DNA of 64,000 nt, from assembly GCA_030324005.1 (NCBI GenBank), contig JARDVH010000140.1, positions 32,398,862 through 32,462,861 of the forward strand, written 5' to 3'. The position numbers and the translations under genes were made by a program. Of the stretch, positions 47,615 through 61,226 are shown piece after piece. Source of the DNA: Negaprion brevirostris. Lineage: Eukaryota. Every line of letters begins with the position of its first letter. Positions within the stretch are counted from its first letter, which is position 1. A model generated the notes under the pieces. The model was not told the DNA's origin. It did no database searches and was given only the letters and a program-made list of their open reading frames with translations.

Positions 47615-48730
47615 GAACCACGCTGGCAAGGCCAGCATTTATTGTCTATTTCTAGTTCCCCTTGCGAAGATGATATGTTCATGTGGTGTTGGTACACCCA
47701 AAGAGCTCTTAGGAATTGAGTTCCAGGACTTTGATTCAGCGACGGTGAGGGAAGGGTGACATAGTTCATAGTTCCATGTAAGGGTAGTCTGTGTTTTACA
47801 AGGCAAATTGCAAGTGGTGGTGTTTCCATATGTCTGCTGCCCTTATCATTCTAGATAGTAGAAGTCTTGGGTTTGGAAGATGCTGTTGAAAGAGGCCTGG
47901 TGAGTCGATGCGGTACAATGCAATGCAGTACGTAGTGCTACCATTATGTATCGGTGGTAGAGAGAGCGGATGATTAAGATGATGATTGACATGTTGATCG
48001 AGCAGACTGCCTTGTCCTGGATGGTGTTGAGCTTCAGTGTAGTTGGAGCTGAACTCATTCAAGCAAGTGAAGAGCATTCCATCACACTTTCTTGTATTGG
48101 TTGATGTGGGCCAGGCTTTGGGAATCAGGAGTTACTCACTACAGAATTCCCAACCTCTGACCTGCTCTTGTAGTCACTATATTACTATGACTGGTTCAGT
48201 TATGTTTTTGGCCAGTGTTGGTGGTATCAGCAGTGGTTATGCCATTGAATGTCATGGGGTAATGGTTGGATTCTCTTTTGTTGGAGATTGTCATTGGCTG
48301 GCATGTGTGTAGTGTGAATATTACTTGCCAGTTGTCAATCAAAGCTTGAATGTTGTTCAGATCTTAATGCATGCAGGCATGGACTCTGAGTTATAAGTGG
48401 AATTGATACATTTGTTATGGGGGGGTGGTAATGAGCGGGGGTTACTTGTCCTTATTTGAGCTAATGCATGATTCATTATGGAGATCTGGAGTCTGTCTCC
48501 CTCAGAAACTCCTGACTGTATACTTCATGCTGCTACTCCCGAGGGTCTGTCCTGCAGGTGGGACAAGGCATTTGTGGAGATGATAATGAAGATGTCTGAA
48601 TGTTGCTATATGGTATGATTTGGTGTGTTGTTTGATGAGGTTGTTTGTCAGCTCTCCCAGCTTTGTCACAGCTCTGAAAATGTTTGTAAGAAGGACTTTG
48701 CAGTGTCAACTGAGCCGGATGTGTTTTTGT
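47615..48730 (-). mobile_element. L2/Crack/Daphne-type LINE fragment
   Basis: MSSAPTTLKLNTIQDKA...SLYHR..V (47846-48058); 3' end gctggcaaggccagcatttattg shared with 49575 and 55365. Confidence 0.75.
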
Positions 48731-48739
48731 TGTTTACCT

Positions 48740-49035
48740 GAGCACCCGTACCTCTGCAACAAAGATACTTGTAAGTGCAATATGAAGATGGCAAGCGATG
48801 ACACTGAAAACTGGGTGACAGTCATTGACCTCTGGACGCTGACTATTTGGTATTGAGAGAGGCAAGCAGTTATGGAAAGCTCAGCTGGCCTTGAAGAAGG
48901 TCCAGAGGAAGAAGAGGCCAGTGAATTGTGCATCTTCAGCCCACTGTCCTGTTCCTGAGCCCTACCAGGTAAGACTTAATGCAGAGTTGGCCACCACAGT
49001 GAAACCATCATCTTACGAGATGCAAGGCTGCCACT
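48740..49035 (+). mobile_element. RTE-clade LINE 3' end fragment
   Basis: HPYLCNKDTCKCNMKMASDDTENWVTVIDLWTLTIW resembles the RTE C-terminal RPxLRYKDTCKRDMK...D...WE..A.DR..WR motif; ends catcatcttacgagatgcaaggctgcca. Confidence 0.6.
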
Positions 49036-49650
49036 GAAGCATCATCTGGGCTGGGTGCCCTGTTTTTTGCGGTGCTTAGATTGATGCTGGGTGCTGTGGA
49101 TGTTTTTTTAAAATTTTTCTACAGCAGTTCAGTACAACTGAGTAGTTTTCTAGATCATTTCAGAAGGCAGCTAAGAGTCACATGTGGACCAAGGAAGGGC
49201 ATTAGTGAACGATATAGATTTTTATGATCATCTAGCAGTTTCAGCATCACCATAGCTTTTAATTAATTGAATTTAATTTCCACCAGCCATCTTGCTGTAA
49301 TTTGAATATGTGTCCAGAAATATTAACCAGCAACCATCTCCAACTACAATAGAGACTTGTCTAGATCATGACGTTTTCTGTGAGTTTGCCTATGTGTATC
49401 AGTGTTGGAGGAGAAGGAACAATGAAGGGAAAGATAGTGAGGCATCATTTAAAATGTGTACGCTCCACCAGATATCACTTCGCTTCCCCAATCCATTTGA
49501 AATTTGAACCTTGGTGACCTGATGTAAATGGATGGTTCATGATATTTTTATTCTTGCACAAGATGTAACATCACTGGCAAGACCAGCATTTGTTGCCCAT
49601 CCCTAATTCTCTGAGAAGATGACAGTGAGCTGCTTTCTTGGACAACACGA

Positions 49651-49937
49651 GCGGCACTATGGCACAGTGGTTCGCACTGCTACCTCACAGTGCCAGGGAC
49701 CCGGGTTTGATTCCTGGCTTGGGTCACTGACTGCTTGAAGTTCGCACATTCTTCATGTGTTTACATGGATTTCCTAGGGAGCTCCGGTTTTCTCCCACAG
49801 TCTGAAAGACGTACTGGTTAGGTGCATTGATCATGCTAAACTCTTCCTCTCCAGGCGCTGGAGTGTGGGGACTAGGGGATTTTCACAGTAACTTCATTGG
49901 AGTGTTATTGTGAATCTTACTTGTGACTAATAAATAA
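49651..49937 (+). mobile_element. HE1-like V-SINE, alternative tail type
   Basis: gcggcactatggcacagtggttcgcactgc...gggtttgattcc; tail actaggggattttcacagtaacttcattg...tgtgactaataaataaa, matching 37165-37462. Confidence 0.85.
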
Positions 49938-50224
49938 ATTACCTCCAGCTGAGCCTTATGCCTCCTGTTCTGCCATTGCAAAACATGAACGGGGGTGGAA
50001 AGCAGAGGGGCAAAAAGTTATTGCCCAAAAATCCTACTGCGGATTCCAGAGGCAGCTCTATGCCCATTAATTGAAGTTTCTGAAAGTCACGATCTGAATT
50101 CAAATGGTTATCTTTCTTGCTTACTGATGTTTTGAGTTTGAGATCCTTTGTGCTGTCAGTGTACTCCAACCCAAAGTGAGATTCGTTCTTTTGAGTCTTG
50201 TGCACCACCATTACCGAAAACCTT

Positions 50225-50650
50225 TTTGATTTTGATTTATTATTGTCACATGTTGGGAGACAGTGAAAAGTATTGTTTCCTGCATACTATACAAGGTGGC
50301 AAGATGGCACAGTGGCTAGCGTTGCTGCCACACAGCACTAGATTTGATTCCCAGCTTGTGTGGAGTTTGTACATTCTCCCCATGTCTGCCTGGGTTTCCT
50401 CTGGGTGCTCCNNNNNNNNNNAAGATGTGCGGTTTAAGTGGATTGGCCATGCTAAATTGCCCCTTAGTGTGAGGGGGGACTAGCTAGGGTAAATGCATGG
50501 GGTTATAGGGATGGAGCTTGGGTGGGATTGTGGTCAGTTCAGACTTGATGGGCCGAACGGCCGCCTTCTGTCCTGTAGGGTTCTATGAAAACATACCATT
50601 CATATAGTACAGAGGGGAGAAGTAAGGAGAGAGGGTGCAGATTATAGGCT
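50225..50650. mobile_element. Rex1-like 3' tail (minus) interrupted by an HE1-like SINE (50295-50588, plus)
   Basis: The flanks ttttgatttattattgtcac...gacagtgaaaagtatt and aaacataccattcat...gagagggtgcaga match 21605-21720; SINE head ggtggcaagatggcacagtgg. Confidence 0.75.
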
Positions 50651-53539
50651 TAAACATTACTAGAAAGTTGAAAAGAGTTAGAATAAAGTTTTAAGAGCAT
50701 AGAACAAAAGTAAAAGATTGAATTAGAGGATTTGCTGGGGATCGCTCGCAAGAAGTCTCCTTGCTCCAGCGTCATCTTGGTTGTGAGTTTTGTTGTGTAT
50801 ATGTGGAGATTTCCATTTTGCACTGCCCAACTTTCTCACATTTCTTATNNNNNNNNNNNNNNNNNNNNNNNNNNNNNNNNNNNNNNNNNNNNNNNNNNNN
50901 NNNNNNNNNNNNNNNNNNNNNNNNNNNNNNNNNNNNNNNNNNNNNNNNCCTTCTAACTCCCCTTTTTAGCTCCCTCCTACTCTCTCTATATTCCTCCAGC
51001 GCACTCTCCGTACCCAGTTGTTTCGGCCTAACATATATGCCTCCCTCTTCTTCCTGACCAAGTTAGTTGTGCCTTTTGTGCTGGTTTCCCCTTTCTTTGT
51101 AAAATGTGTTATTGTTTCTGTGTAATCAGTTGCCTGACAATTCTGTGCTCAAAGATGAGAGGGTTTAAGAAATAGATGTTTGCATTTCATTCAGTTCTGG
51201 CTGCACTTTATACCTATCACATGATATCCCCAGCCCTGAAGTCCCATTATGTAATATCTCACAAATGTGCTGCCCTTCTCACAAAGGTACGATGGACCGA
51301 ATGGCCTCATCAGACCATGATTCTATGCCTATGATAAATATACTGTACTTTTACTGTGAAATGAATATTAATATTGGATCATTGCACATAACTGAGTGTC
51401 AGGCAAATATTCATTGATGGGGCTGTGAATTGGGGAACCTGGAATCCTGATGTCAGGCTGATCTTGCAGCTCTTTGAGATCTTCCTGATGTGTTTAGTTT
51501 AATTTCATGCCATACCATTTGAATATCCACTCCAGTTCTTCGTATAATTGTCTACCTGGAAAATGTTTTGAGGGTTTAAATCCTCAGTACCTGATTGGGT
51601 GAGTTTACCTATCACCCCTACTTAATGAACTTCATTCTAGGAAATTGACTTGAAGGAAAGATTAAATGAAATGATTGGTAGCTGTAATCAGATTTTGGTT
51701 GTGCTATTTAGAAAATAAAGCAGTTCAACTTCAAAGGTTTTCTGCAAATTTAATAGCACAAATAGGTCTTCACAGGCAGAGAGATCTTCAATCTCAGCTT
51801 TGACTATTGTGGCTTTGTTTTAAACCCGCCCCTAAATTATGATTTGCTTCAGATGCTCTTGAAAAAGGTTCCGGTGCCTCTTAAATAACCTGACCACACT
51901 GGTTGTTGGGCTATTTGAGTTACCAATCTTGTGGCATTGTTTTTGTCGAGGGACAGAATAATGTGCAGACAGGGCAGTGCACCCCATGACAAGCCCTGCA
52001 GCACTTACTTGTAACCACTTGGTTTCTTTTTCACCCAGTTGAGATGATTCAACATTATTCAATGCTCCCAAAACCACTTCAAACAACCAATGGAGCCAAA
52101 GAACGAGAAGAACTGCAGAGTTCAAGATCCATTACCCTCTCTGGAGCAGTTGACTTAAAGATATACTCTGTTCCCAGTTAGGATTCGCAATCTGCTACCT
52201 TTTTTCCCATTCAGAGAATCATCTCTGCCCCATTAAGATGAGAAGTGTTCTGTGAAATTGCAGCTTAAAGATAAAGACATGGAGGATTCACTACCATCTG
52301 TACTGAACTTTGATTCACCTCAATGAAGACAATAAAGTAGTGTGGTAGACACAACTACACACCCTGGCCAGCACTTTCTGGCTGTTCACGCGGCAGGATC
52401 CTGTTATCCGACCAGCGCAATTCTGCCGTGGTTTTCCCAGTGGTGTGGGGTGGAGTCAAAGGGAAATCCACGCACCATCTCCTGCTGCCAGAAAGATCCC
52501 CGGGAAGGCCAGGGAATCCTGCCCCTTGTGTTGGTGAACTACTTCATAAGGTCCAGTCTTTATCTCTCAAACTCTTAAGCAGGTGTGACCTGACTAAAAA
52601 CTGGCGCTGCGTGGCAGGCAATATCAAAGAACTCTGAGGAGTGACTCTCTGGCTGGAATTGTATTAATTATAGGCATGTTTCTACCTTATCATGAAGGGA
52701 GGGTGTAAAATGCTGCCTAGTCGTTAATGAAAGTGAGCTGACAATAGAGCCTTGTTCTTTGACATTGGGTAGCAGGGAGCTGATTAAAGTGTAACATACA
52801 GCACACAGATAAGGCTGAATTGGAACTCAAGGTTGGATTGCAGAACATGGGCTTTAACTCCTTCCTTGACTGCTGATCTTGGGTAACTGTGAATTCACCA
52901 ATTATTTTCCAATTTATCCCTTTTTTTCCCACCTCCCATCCCTACTGAAGGTATTAAACCTTGCTGGTGTACAGTTGCAAAATTACCAAACACCTTCTAA
53001 TAGCTCCCCAAGTGATCTAGCCATGGGTGTCAAAGCTGTTTGATCAGAGAGGCACCCTATGGAGTTTATACCTGACTGGGGACNNNNNNNNNNNNNNNNN
53101 NNNNNNNNNNNNNNNNNNNNNNNNNNNNNNNNNNNNNNNNNNNNNNNNNNNNNNNNNNNNNNNNNNNNNNNNNNNNNNNNNNNATACCTGACTGGGGACT
53201 GAGAATAACACGCCACAGAAGCCCTTTCCTGATTTCTCCCCTCTTCTGGCTGTTGAGTGCAGTATTGTAATGCCAGTACCTGCAAAATGGGCTGACCTGC
53301 CCATTCCTCTGAAATTCCCACCCAAACTCCTGTGCCTTGTCACTATCCTTCCTGTTTTCATAATCCATATGTTTTAAGGAAAATAATCTTCAGCCTTGTT
53401 TTCAGCTCAAATCAACAGGTTTTGCATTCTTCCTGCTCCATATTCAGTTTTCCTCTTAAAAGAATTATGCAAATCATCTGACTCCACTGCCCTTTCCTGC
53501 AGCCCTTCAAATAATTGTCAGTTCCCCTTTTAGAAGTTA

Positions 53540-54290
53540 TTATTGAATTTCCACCACCCTTTCAGGCCGTGCTTTCCAGATTATAACAATGTGCTGCAAC
53601 CCCACCTCCTCTTGTTCTTCTGCCAATTACCTTAAATCTGGTGATCAGAAATCAACTGAAGCCTCATCAGTGATTGGTAAAAATTTAACCTGACCCCCTT
53701 GTATTTATACTCAATGCCTCTGTTTATAAAGCCAAGGATCTCAATGCTTATTAGCACTCTTTTCAGCCTGCCCCAGCATTTTCAAAGGTTTGCGTACTCA
53801 CAGTCCTCAGGTCTCTGTCTCTTCAACCCCTGTAAAATTGTACCATATAGTTCATATTGCCTCTCGTTTTTCCTAACAAAATGCAGCACATTTTCTATGT
53901 CCTCATGCAATGGTTTTGTTTCATACAGACTTTGAAATACGTCCTACACACCCAGTTCCAAGTCAAGAATGCATGTCAAAAAGAATTGTGGTTCTAATAC
54001 TACTTCCTAGGAAACCTCACTGTACAGCGATTCACTATCACTTTCTGCTATCTGTCCCTTAGCCAGTTTCAAATCCACACTGCCCCTTTAATCTCTCAGG
54101 TTTTAACCTCGCAAGTAAGTCTAGTATGTATTTTATCAAACATCTTTTGGAAGTGACTATGAACAAAATCAACTACACTACCCTCATCAAGTAATTCAAC
54201 TTAAGCCACATTTTTCCTTTTTTTTTTGAAAGAACTTTGTGCTGACTGTCATTCATTAACCCTCACCTTTCCAAATAGCTGTTTTGTCTT
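53540..54290 (-). mobile_element. Highly degraded CR1-like LINE fragment
   Basis: ggttctaatactacttcctaggaaacctcactg (reverse complement of a G.PQGSVL.P-like motif) and ttttatcaaacatcttttggaagt (reverse complement of DFQK.FDK). Confidence 0.55.
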
Positions 54291-54769
54291 TGATCATTGT
54301 CTCCTTTTAAAAAAATCCAAGTTTCAGTTATAATTGCCGTATATCAGTTGACCCAGCTCCATTTTTCTGCCCCCCCCCTCCCAAAAATGTTTTTGCCTAT
54401 GCATGGTGTATAAAATAATCCCCTCCCTCATCCCCCTCAGTTTCAATATTTTATTTGCACTGGTAGTCCGCCTCAAATTTTCACCCCACAACTGCATGTT
54501 TTACTTATAACTGGAGGTAGAAGGGTCAAACAGTTGTGTTGTAAAGATGTGCTGGAGTTGAGACATGGCCACTTTTNNNNNNNNNNNNNNNNNNGGTGAT
54601 CACACCTCTACTGGTAGTTCTTTTTTCAAATAATATAAGTCAACTCTGTTTTAAAACTGCTTTATTAACCGCCTGCTCAATCGCTCAATCACCCAATACC
54701 CGACATTTTTCCATGCAAACAGGAGATATAACACCAGTTCTTTTGCTTCCTCTTTTACCATCCCATGCC

Positions 54770-55705
54770 CCAAAATTCCTTTTAGGTGACGCAGCAAGTT
54801 ACACGTGCCTGGTTTACTATATTCGCTGCTCACACTGTGGCCTCCTCTACACTGGGGAGACCAAACGCCGATTGGGTGGCCATTTTGCAGAATACCTGCA
54901 TTCAGTCTGCAAGCACAACTCCGAGCTCCCAGTTACCTGTCACTTGATTCTCTACCTTACTGTCATGCTGACAACTTTGTGCTTGGCCAACTGCACTGCT
55001 GAATGTAAGTTTGAGGAGCGGCACGCTGTCTTAATTTTGGCACTATACATCTTTCCAGCCTCAACATTGAGTTCAACAATTTCAGACCATAATCTCTGCT
55101 TCATTTTGTTTCCTTTGCGCGTTTAGGTTTTTCTTAGTTTTGCTTTCAGTCAGCAACACACATTATCCTGGCACATCTTTTGTTTTTTTTCTTGTCCCAT
55201 CACCACCCCATTTGGCCCCCTACTATTCAATATCCTTCTTCCACCCTATCATGAACCTTTCTTTTTGAACTCTTGTTCAAAATCCATTTCATCTCAACTT
55301 TTTCCAGGTCATAGACCTGAAATGCTAACTCTTTAAAAATTCATTCCTGGGATATGGGTGCCATTGGCTGGCCAGCATTTATTGCCTATCTCTAGTTGCC
55401 CTTGAGAAGGTGGTGGTGTGAGCTTCCTTCTTGAACTGCTGCAGTCCAGGTGCTGTGGGTTGAAGCCCAATGCCATTAGGGAGAGAATCCCAGGATCTTG
55501 ACCAAGCAACTACGAAGGAACAAGCCATGCATTTCCAAGTCAGGGTGATGAGTGGCTTGGAGAAGTTGCAGGTGCTGCTGTTCCCATTTGCTGCCCTTGT
55601 CCTAGATGGAAGTGGTTGTGGGTTTTGAAGTTGCTGTCTAAGGATCTTTGGTGAATTTCTGGAGTGCATGCTGCCTAGCCTGAGTATTTGCAGCATTTTA
55701 ATTTC
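54770..55705 (+). mobile_element. Penelope-like element 3' region with GIY-YIG endonuclease remnant; tail interrupted by a LINE fragment (55340-55670, minus)
   Basis: LVYYIRCSHCGLLYTGETKRRLGGHFAEYLHSVC.....LPVTCH is the PLE GIY-YIG signature. The tail ggtcatagacctgaaatgctaactct resumes after the LINE as atgctgcctagcctgagtatttgcagcatttt. Confidence 0.85.
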
Positions 55706-57039
55706 AGCCTTGCTCTGTATCTAACCTGTAAATGACTTGGGAGTGCTTGTTTCTGACACTGAGGCTCTAGATTGGAATGCATTTTGTTGTCTCCCACTGA
55801 AATCAAAAATAATATCACCAAAGATTTAATTTCAAGGACGGAGACAAGGGCGTTTCCTAACGATACTTGGTACTATCAGTTACTGATTGAAAACACCTCT
55901 GATGGCAGTGTAATGTCAGTGTAACTTACTTGGAGATGGAATAAAGATCCAGTGAAGTGTTAATAAATTGAGAACTGAAAGATTGCTGCTGAAATGAAAC
56001 AGAATGGTGTAATCACAGTATAATTACAGAGAGCACCTGTGTGGGAGTGTGATTATCTGAGACTGCTGTGCACTATACAGAATTCAAGAACCCTGTAAAC
56101 AGTGTGTAGATTGTGATCTCTGTACCACACTGAATAAATAACACATAGGATTTGTGATCTGTTTTAGTTTCCCAGTTGTCTGCAGTTTGCAGCTGCTGGC
56201 TTTCAGATGCGTGCACCTTAAGCAGAGTTTGTATTGGAATTCCCTTTTGATGGCCTTCATTATTTTACACATCTGAATCCGATTGACTCCCTTAAACTCA
56301 TTGTCTACCAGCTTGCACCAGCTTCCTATTCATGCTGTATGGTTTATCTCTAGTTCTATGCTCCTCCATTTTATTGTTAATTTCTTAAATACTTCCTGAA
56401 TAATCTACATGCTTCACTTCCATTCATTCTCCTCAATGACTCAACTCAGAGGTTCCACCAAAGAAATATTTGGCTAATTAGACGGGACCTATCTTTTGCT
56501 ACTAAACTGTGCTGACTCGTCCTAACAGGATTATACTTTTCTCAATGCTCTTGTCAGTCATGATGGGATTGTAGCAATTTCCCGCTAATTCTGCTGCACT
56601 CACTAACCTGCTTTTACTTTGTATCTTCGTTTTTTTTAAGGCAAAATATTGCAATCCTCGTTTACTGTTCCTGAATCCACAGAATTTTGGAGCAAACACA
56701 TTCCTGTCTCTTATCTCTTTCCTTTAATTCTTGCAGGTGGAAGCATTCCAGTCCGCAATCATTTGTCTGGTTTTATCTAACCCGTTACGCTTTTCTCTTT
56801 TTTATAAAGCCTGCAAGTTTCTTCTCTTCATAAATCTGCAGTTCTCCTGATTGCTCCGCTCTGTAGTTCTGTCATCTTCTCCCCAACTGCCTGACAACCA
56901 TTACATTTTTGTTCTCTTGTTGTTTTCAATTTTCTTGTTCTTCATTCTTGTCTCTATTCTTTCTGGTGTACTTGGGGTAACAGTAGGGAAATATTATTTT
57001 CTGGAATTGGTGGTGTGGGAAACCCTCAATGAGGAAAAG

Positions 57040-57450
57040 AAAGACTTGCACTTTTCCCAATCGCTGAACATTTCAAAGTGCCAATGGGTATTTTATAAAG
57101 TGAATGTTACTCTTATAATTAGGAAGTGTGCAGCCACTTGCAGAGCAAACTCGCACAAATAGCAGTGATAATGACCAGATAATCGATTATTTTTGTGATG
57201 TTGCTTGAGGGTTGGTCGGGACACTGAGGATAACTCTCCCTTCCCCCCTTCAAAATGAAACCATGGGATGTTTTACATCCGATAGATCAGCTAGATGGAT
57301 TCTCTGTTTAGTATCTTATCTGAAGACAAGACCTCAAACAATGCAGAATTCCTTCAGCCTGTGTGAGCCTTGATTTCTGTGCTCAAGCCTGGGCATGGNN
57401 NNNNNNNNTGACTCAAATGTGAGAGTGCTGCTAACTGAGCCAAAGCTGCC
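57040..57450 (-). mobile_element. SacSINE1/DeuSINE-like SINE
   Basis: gataatgaccagataatc, ccatgggatgttttacatcc and gtgctgctaactgagcca (reverse complement of a tRNA-like head). Confidence 0.7.
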
Positions 57451-58618
57451 ACTAGAGAAGTTAGGAAAATTCTCTTTCTGTGGAGTGTTATTGGAATATG
57501 GAGTATCTTGTCACAATTTGAAGCAGAGGCCAATGCATCTCTTTACAGAAGTTTATAACATCTTTGAAGTACATTATACATGACTATTCAGAGAGAACAC
57601 AGCAATAGGGTTAGATTTGAATTATCTTAGCAAAACCCTGGCACGGATATGGTGGGCTAAATGAACACCTTCCTGTACCCTTACATAGTTCACAACCACT
57701 TCATATGTTTAATGCTTGACCTAACAATTCTCAGAAGCCTTAGTTATAGCAGTAGAGAAGTTATTCCTTTTTCAAGCCATGTGTTGATATTTGGGGGAAG
57801 AATTAATGGATTTCAGTTGTTTGTTTCCTTCATTGCCTCTCAAAAATCAATGTGTACTGTCCCTTAAAATAGGTGGTTGTGAGGCTGTCACAGTGCCAGC
57901 TTACTGAGCACCTGTCAGAGTGCAAGTTAAATTCTGCTCTTGATGTGAGGGCATGTTTCACCAGTCTAAGCAAAGCTATATGGGGTAAACTAACTGGGTC
58001 ACCATTTAAGGAACATTGATACCTGATTACTGAATTACTTCACTTTTCACTGAAGCCTGCTGAGAATTAAAAGAGTACTAGGATGGGAAAGGAAAGTGAA
58101 ACTGGTGCTTCCAGGATCTTTCAAAGTCTAATTGGACCAGTGTTTAAATATTTCTGGATATCCCCAGCACAGAGCAATAGCATAGTATGGTAAGAGTTAA
58201 ACTTGTTTTCTGTTATTAGTATTGGCTTTCTGTTTAGTTTACTGTGAAGTGTGCTTAAATGATTCCAGCTTTGACTTTGTTATGTTGAAAGACTTTAGGC
58301 TGCAGCAGGACTTTCATGATGCACTGGGGTGACCTTGGCCAGGCCAGGACTTTGTTTACTCTCAGTTATACTTCAGCTAACTGAGTGCAATTCAGCACAC
58401 ACAGCAGCAGCCAGGAAAGGGCTGCCAAATTAGGAAGAGACACGTGAAACAGTATTCCCTGCACTATGTGGTATCAGAAGGGTAAATCTGAGGTCCATGG
58501 TCACTGTGGATTGCATTTACTTTGTGAGGACCTGACTATTCTTGCAGTTCTTCTCTCCCTTTCTTCCCTTTGATAGTCAAGTTGATTAATATCTCAAGAT
58601 CTTGGGCATCAGCAACCA

Positions 58619-59040
58619 TGGCTCCAATGGTAGCACTTACCTCTTCAGTCAAATGTTTGTGGGTTCAAGTCTTGCTCCAGAGACTTGAGCTCAGATATTT
58701 AGTTTGATGTTCCAGTAGAGTTTGTAAGTGACTGCCACACTACAAGAGGCACTATCTTTCAAATGAGACATTAAACCATGGCCCATTTCCATTCTCAGAA
58801 GGATGTAGAGGATCTCATGGCACTATTTCAAAGATGAGCAGGCGAGCTATCCTGGCCAATATTTATCTCAATCAACAGATTAAAGACAGATTATTTGGTC
58901 ATTATCGAGTTTATTGTGAATATTTTGGCTGCCGTGTTTCCAACATCACAGTGGTGATTGCCTTTCCAAAGTACTTCTGTGGAGCATAGTGGGAGATGCA
59001 GTGGTTGTGAAAGGTGCTGTATGAAATCAAGTAATTCTTT
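58619..59040 (+). mobile_element. SacSINE1/DeuSINE-like SINE, near full length
   Basis: tRNA-like head (tggtagcac...gggttcaagtc), Deu-like core ctttcaaatgagacattaaacc...ggatgtagaggatctcatggcactattt...cctggccaatatttat, L2-like tail gtgaaaggtgctgtatgaaatcaagt. Confidence 0.75.
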
Positions 59041-61226
59041 TAGTTCAATGGTAGGTGTGCGTAAACTTGCTAAGCTAATGGGATTTTCATGCCTCTGCTT
59101 CCTTTCCCCTGAAAGCAATTTGGATTACAACCAGGTTTACCAGGCTTAATGAGTGGGCCTGACTCTGGGATTTGAATGCCAACTGTTTATCATCAAATAG
59201 ACAGTGACAGCAACCTAACCCAGTTCTTCTCTGTTGATGCTCCAGTGGAACTGCCCAGTTTGGATTTAATTCAGTTCTTTTGTCAAAGTTCTCTCAAAAC
59301 ACAATGATTTCCACTTCAGTCTTGCCATTTTGAAGCGAATCATTCAGCTGCAGTAGAAATAGGAACCTTTTTAGCTGATGGGATGTTACCTCACTTTTGT
59401 TGTCATCAGAATGTGATACTGAAGGAAACCTTCTGAATACTTCCAGAATGTTGTCATCAGGTCCTTTTCCAGCAACTGTTGTCCTATTCCTCAACCTTTA
59501 ACAACAAGCCACTCTCTATTTTGCTGTTTGTAATTGTTATTGCTGCATCTCTTGATTGTCTCAGTACTCTTCTCCAATTAACCACACCTATCAGCCCCAG
59601 CAGCATCCTTTGAGCGATTTTCACAACATGATACTTCAGCTGCTGTCTACATCTCTGGATTATTGAATTGTGAATTATTTTTACATTTGCCCTATCTTCT
59701 GGCTTAACTCTGCAGTAATTCTGGACCCATCTGATTCTGTTATTTTATAACAACCTGGTATTTCAGGTTTTGGTGATTTTCTTATTGAACTAATTTGCAC
59801 CTTTCATCTTCCATTGACCCTCTCAGTGAACCTTGTCAGAGAAAGAATAGTGTTATTGTCTTTCAACATCTTACCTTGCTTGTGTCTCTTTGGCCCATCT
59901 TGTTTGGCATCTCTATGTCCTCTGCAGTCTCACCTCTGTTTCCACGGCTAAAATGTTGATTTATGTGGGCATTCTACTAGCACCAATTTCTGCCAGTATC
60001 TTTTTCCTGGGTGTGTCTACAGTGTAAATATTGGTAAATCATTAGATTTGGGAGAGAGNNNNNNNNNNNNNNNNNNNNNNNNNNNNNNNNNNNNNNNNNN
60101 NNNNNNNNNNNNNNNNNNNNNNNNNNNNNNNNNNNNNNNNNNNNNNNNNNNNNNNNNNNNNNNNNNNNNNNNNNNNNNNNNNNNNNNNNNNNNNNNNNNN
60201 NNNNNNNNNNNNNNNNNNNNNNNNNNNNNNNNNNNNNNNNNNNNNNNNNNNNNNNNNNNNNNNNNNNNNNNNNNNNNNNNNNNNNNNNNNNNNNNNNNNN
60301 NNNNNNNNNNNNNNNNNNNNNNNNNNNNNNNNNNNNNNNNNNNNNNNNNNNNNNNNNNNNNNNNNNNNNNNNNNNNNNNNNNNNNNNNNNNNNNNNNNNN
60401 NNNNNNNNNNNNNNNNNNNNNNNNNNNNNNNNNNNNNNNNNNNNNNNNNNNNNNNNNNNNNNNNNNNNNNNNNNNNNNNNNNNNNNNNNNNNNNNNNNNN
60501 NNNNNNNNNNNNNNNNNNNNNNNNNNNCTTTAATTACCTAAGAAGCATATTATCTTAACAATAAGGGAGTTCAATTCAAGATTAAAATGCCAGGACTTCT
60601 TGTATGAACTCAGCTTCTCTGCACTGAGGGAGGCTGAAGATCTCTTCATGTTAACATGGGCGCAGCAAAGTGTGTTTGTAATACTACAGTATGAAAACCA
60701 ACAGTTGCTGAAAGGTTAAACACACACAATGTTGGAAACCACGGGGGTTATTCCACATCAGTTGAAATAAGTCATTTTGGGTGCAGAATCTCCTTGAGAA
60801 CTGAAAATAAGGAGGCAGGCAGNNNNNNNNNNAATGCCTTTCACCGAAGGGTTAAGGCTCTGTTGACTGATACATGCACTTGCAACACTGTCAAGTCTCC
60901 TTGCTCATTTGTATTTGATTGTTTTTAGTGATAAAATACATAACAATTCAATTCATTATTATGTTGCTGCAGTGTTAGCCTCTTAGCCAGGTCGTGATTG
61001 TCAATGAGAATTGGTTCTCGATTGACTTACCCTGACTAAATAAAGGTTAAATAAAATAAAACTAAGAGTATTGGACAGAAACATTCCATAGAAGCTGAGT
61101 CATCCTGTGTGTTTTTGGCATTCTCGATTTCATCTGCAATGCTTCACCTTTGAGTTGATACTTATCATTTATGGAAAACACTTTTATATATCTTGTATAT
61201 ATCTGATATTGTTTATATATCTTATT

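Noticed and set aside
48743-48856. HPYLCN...ASDD looked like the next RNF43 exon (SHPLYLCNASDDD)
   Set aside because: Weak GAG acceptor, in-frame stop at 48854-48856 and wrong spacing; the peptide fits an RTE LINE C-terminus (KDTCKRDMK...W) better.
53068-53199. 16-bp direct repeat flanking a 100-N gap
   Set aside because: Most likely contig overlap; a TSD around an unassembled insertion cannot be excluded without reads.
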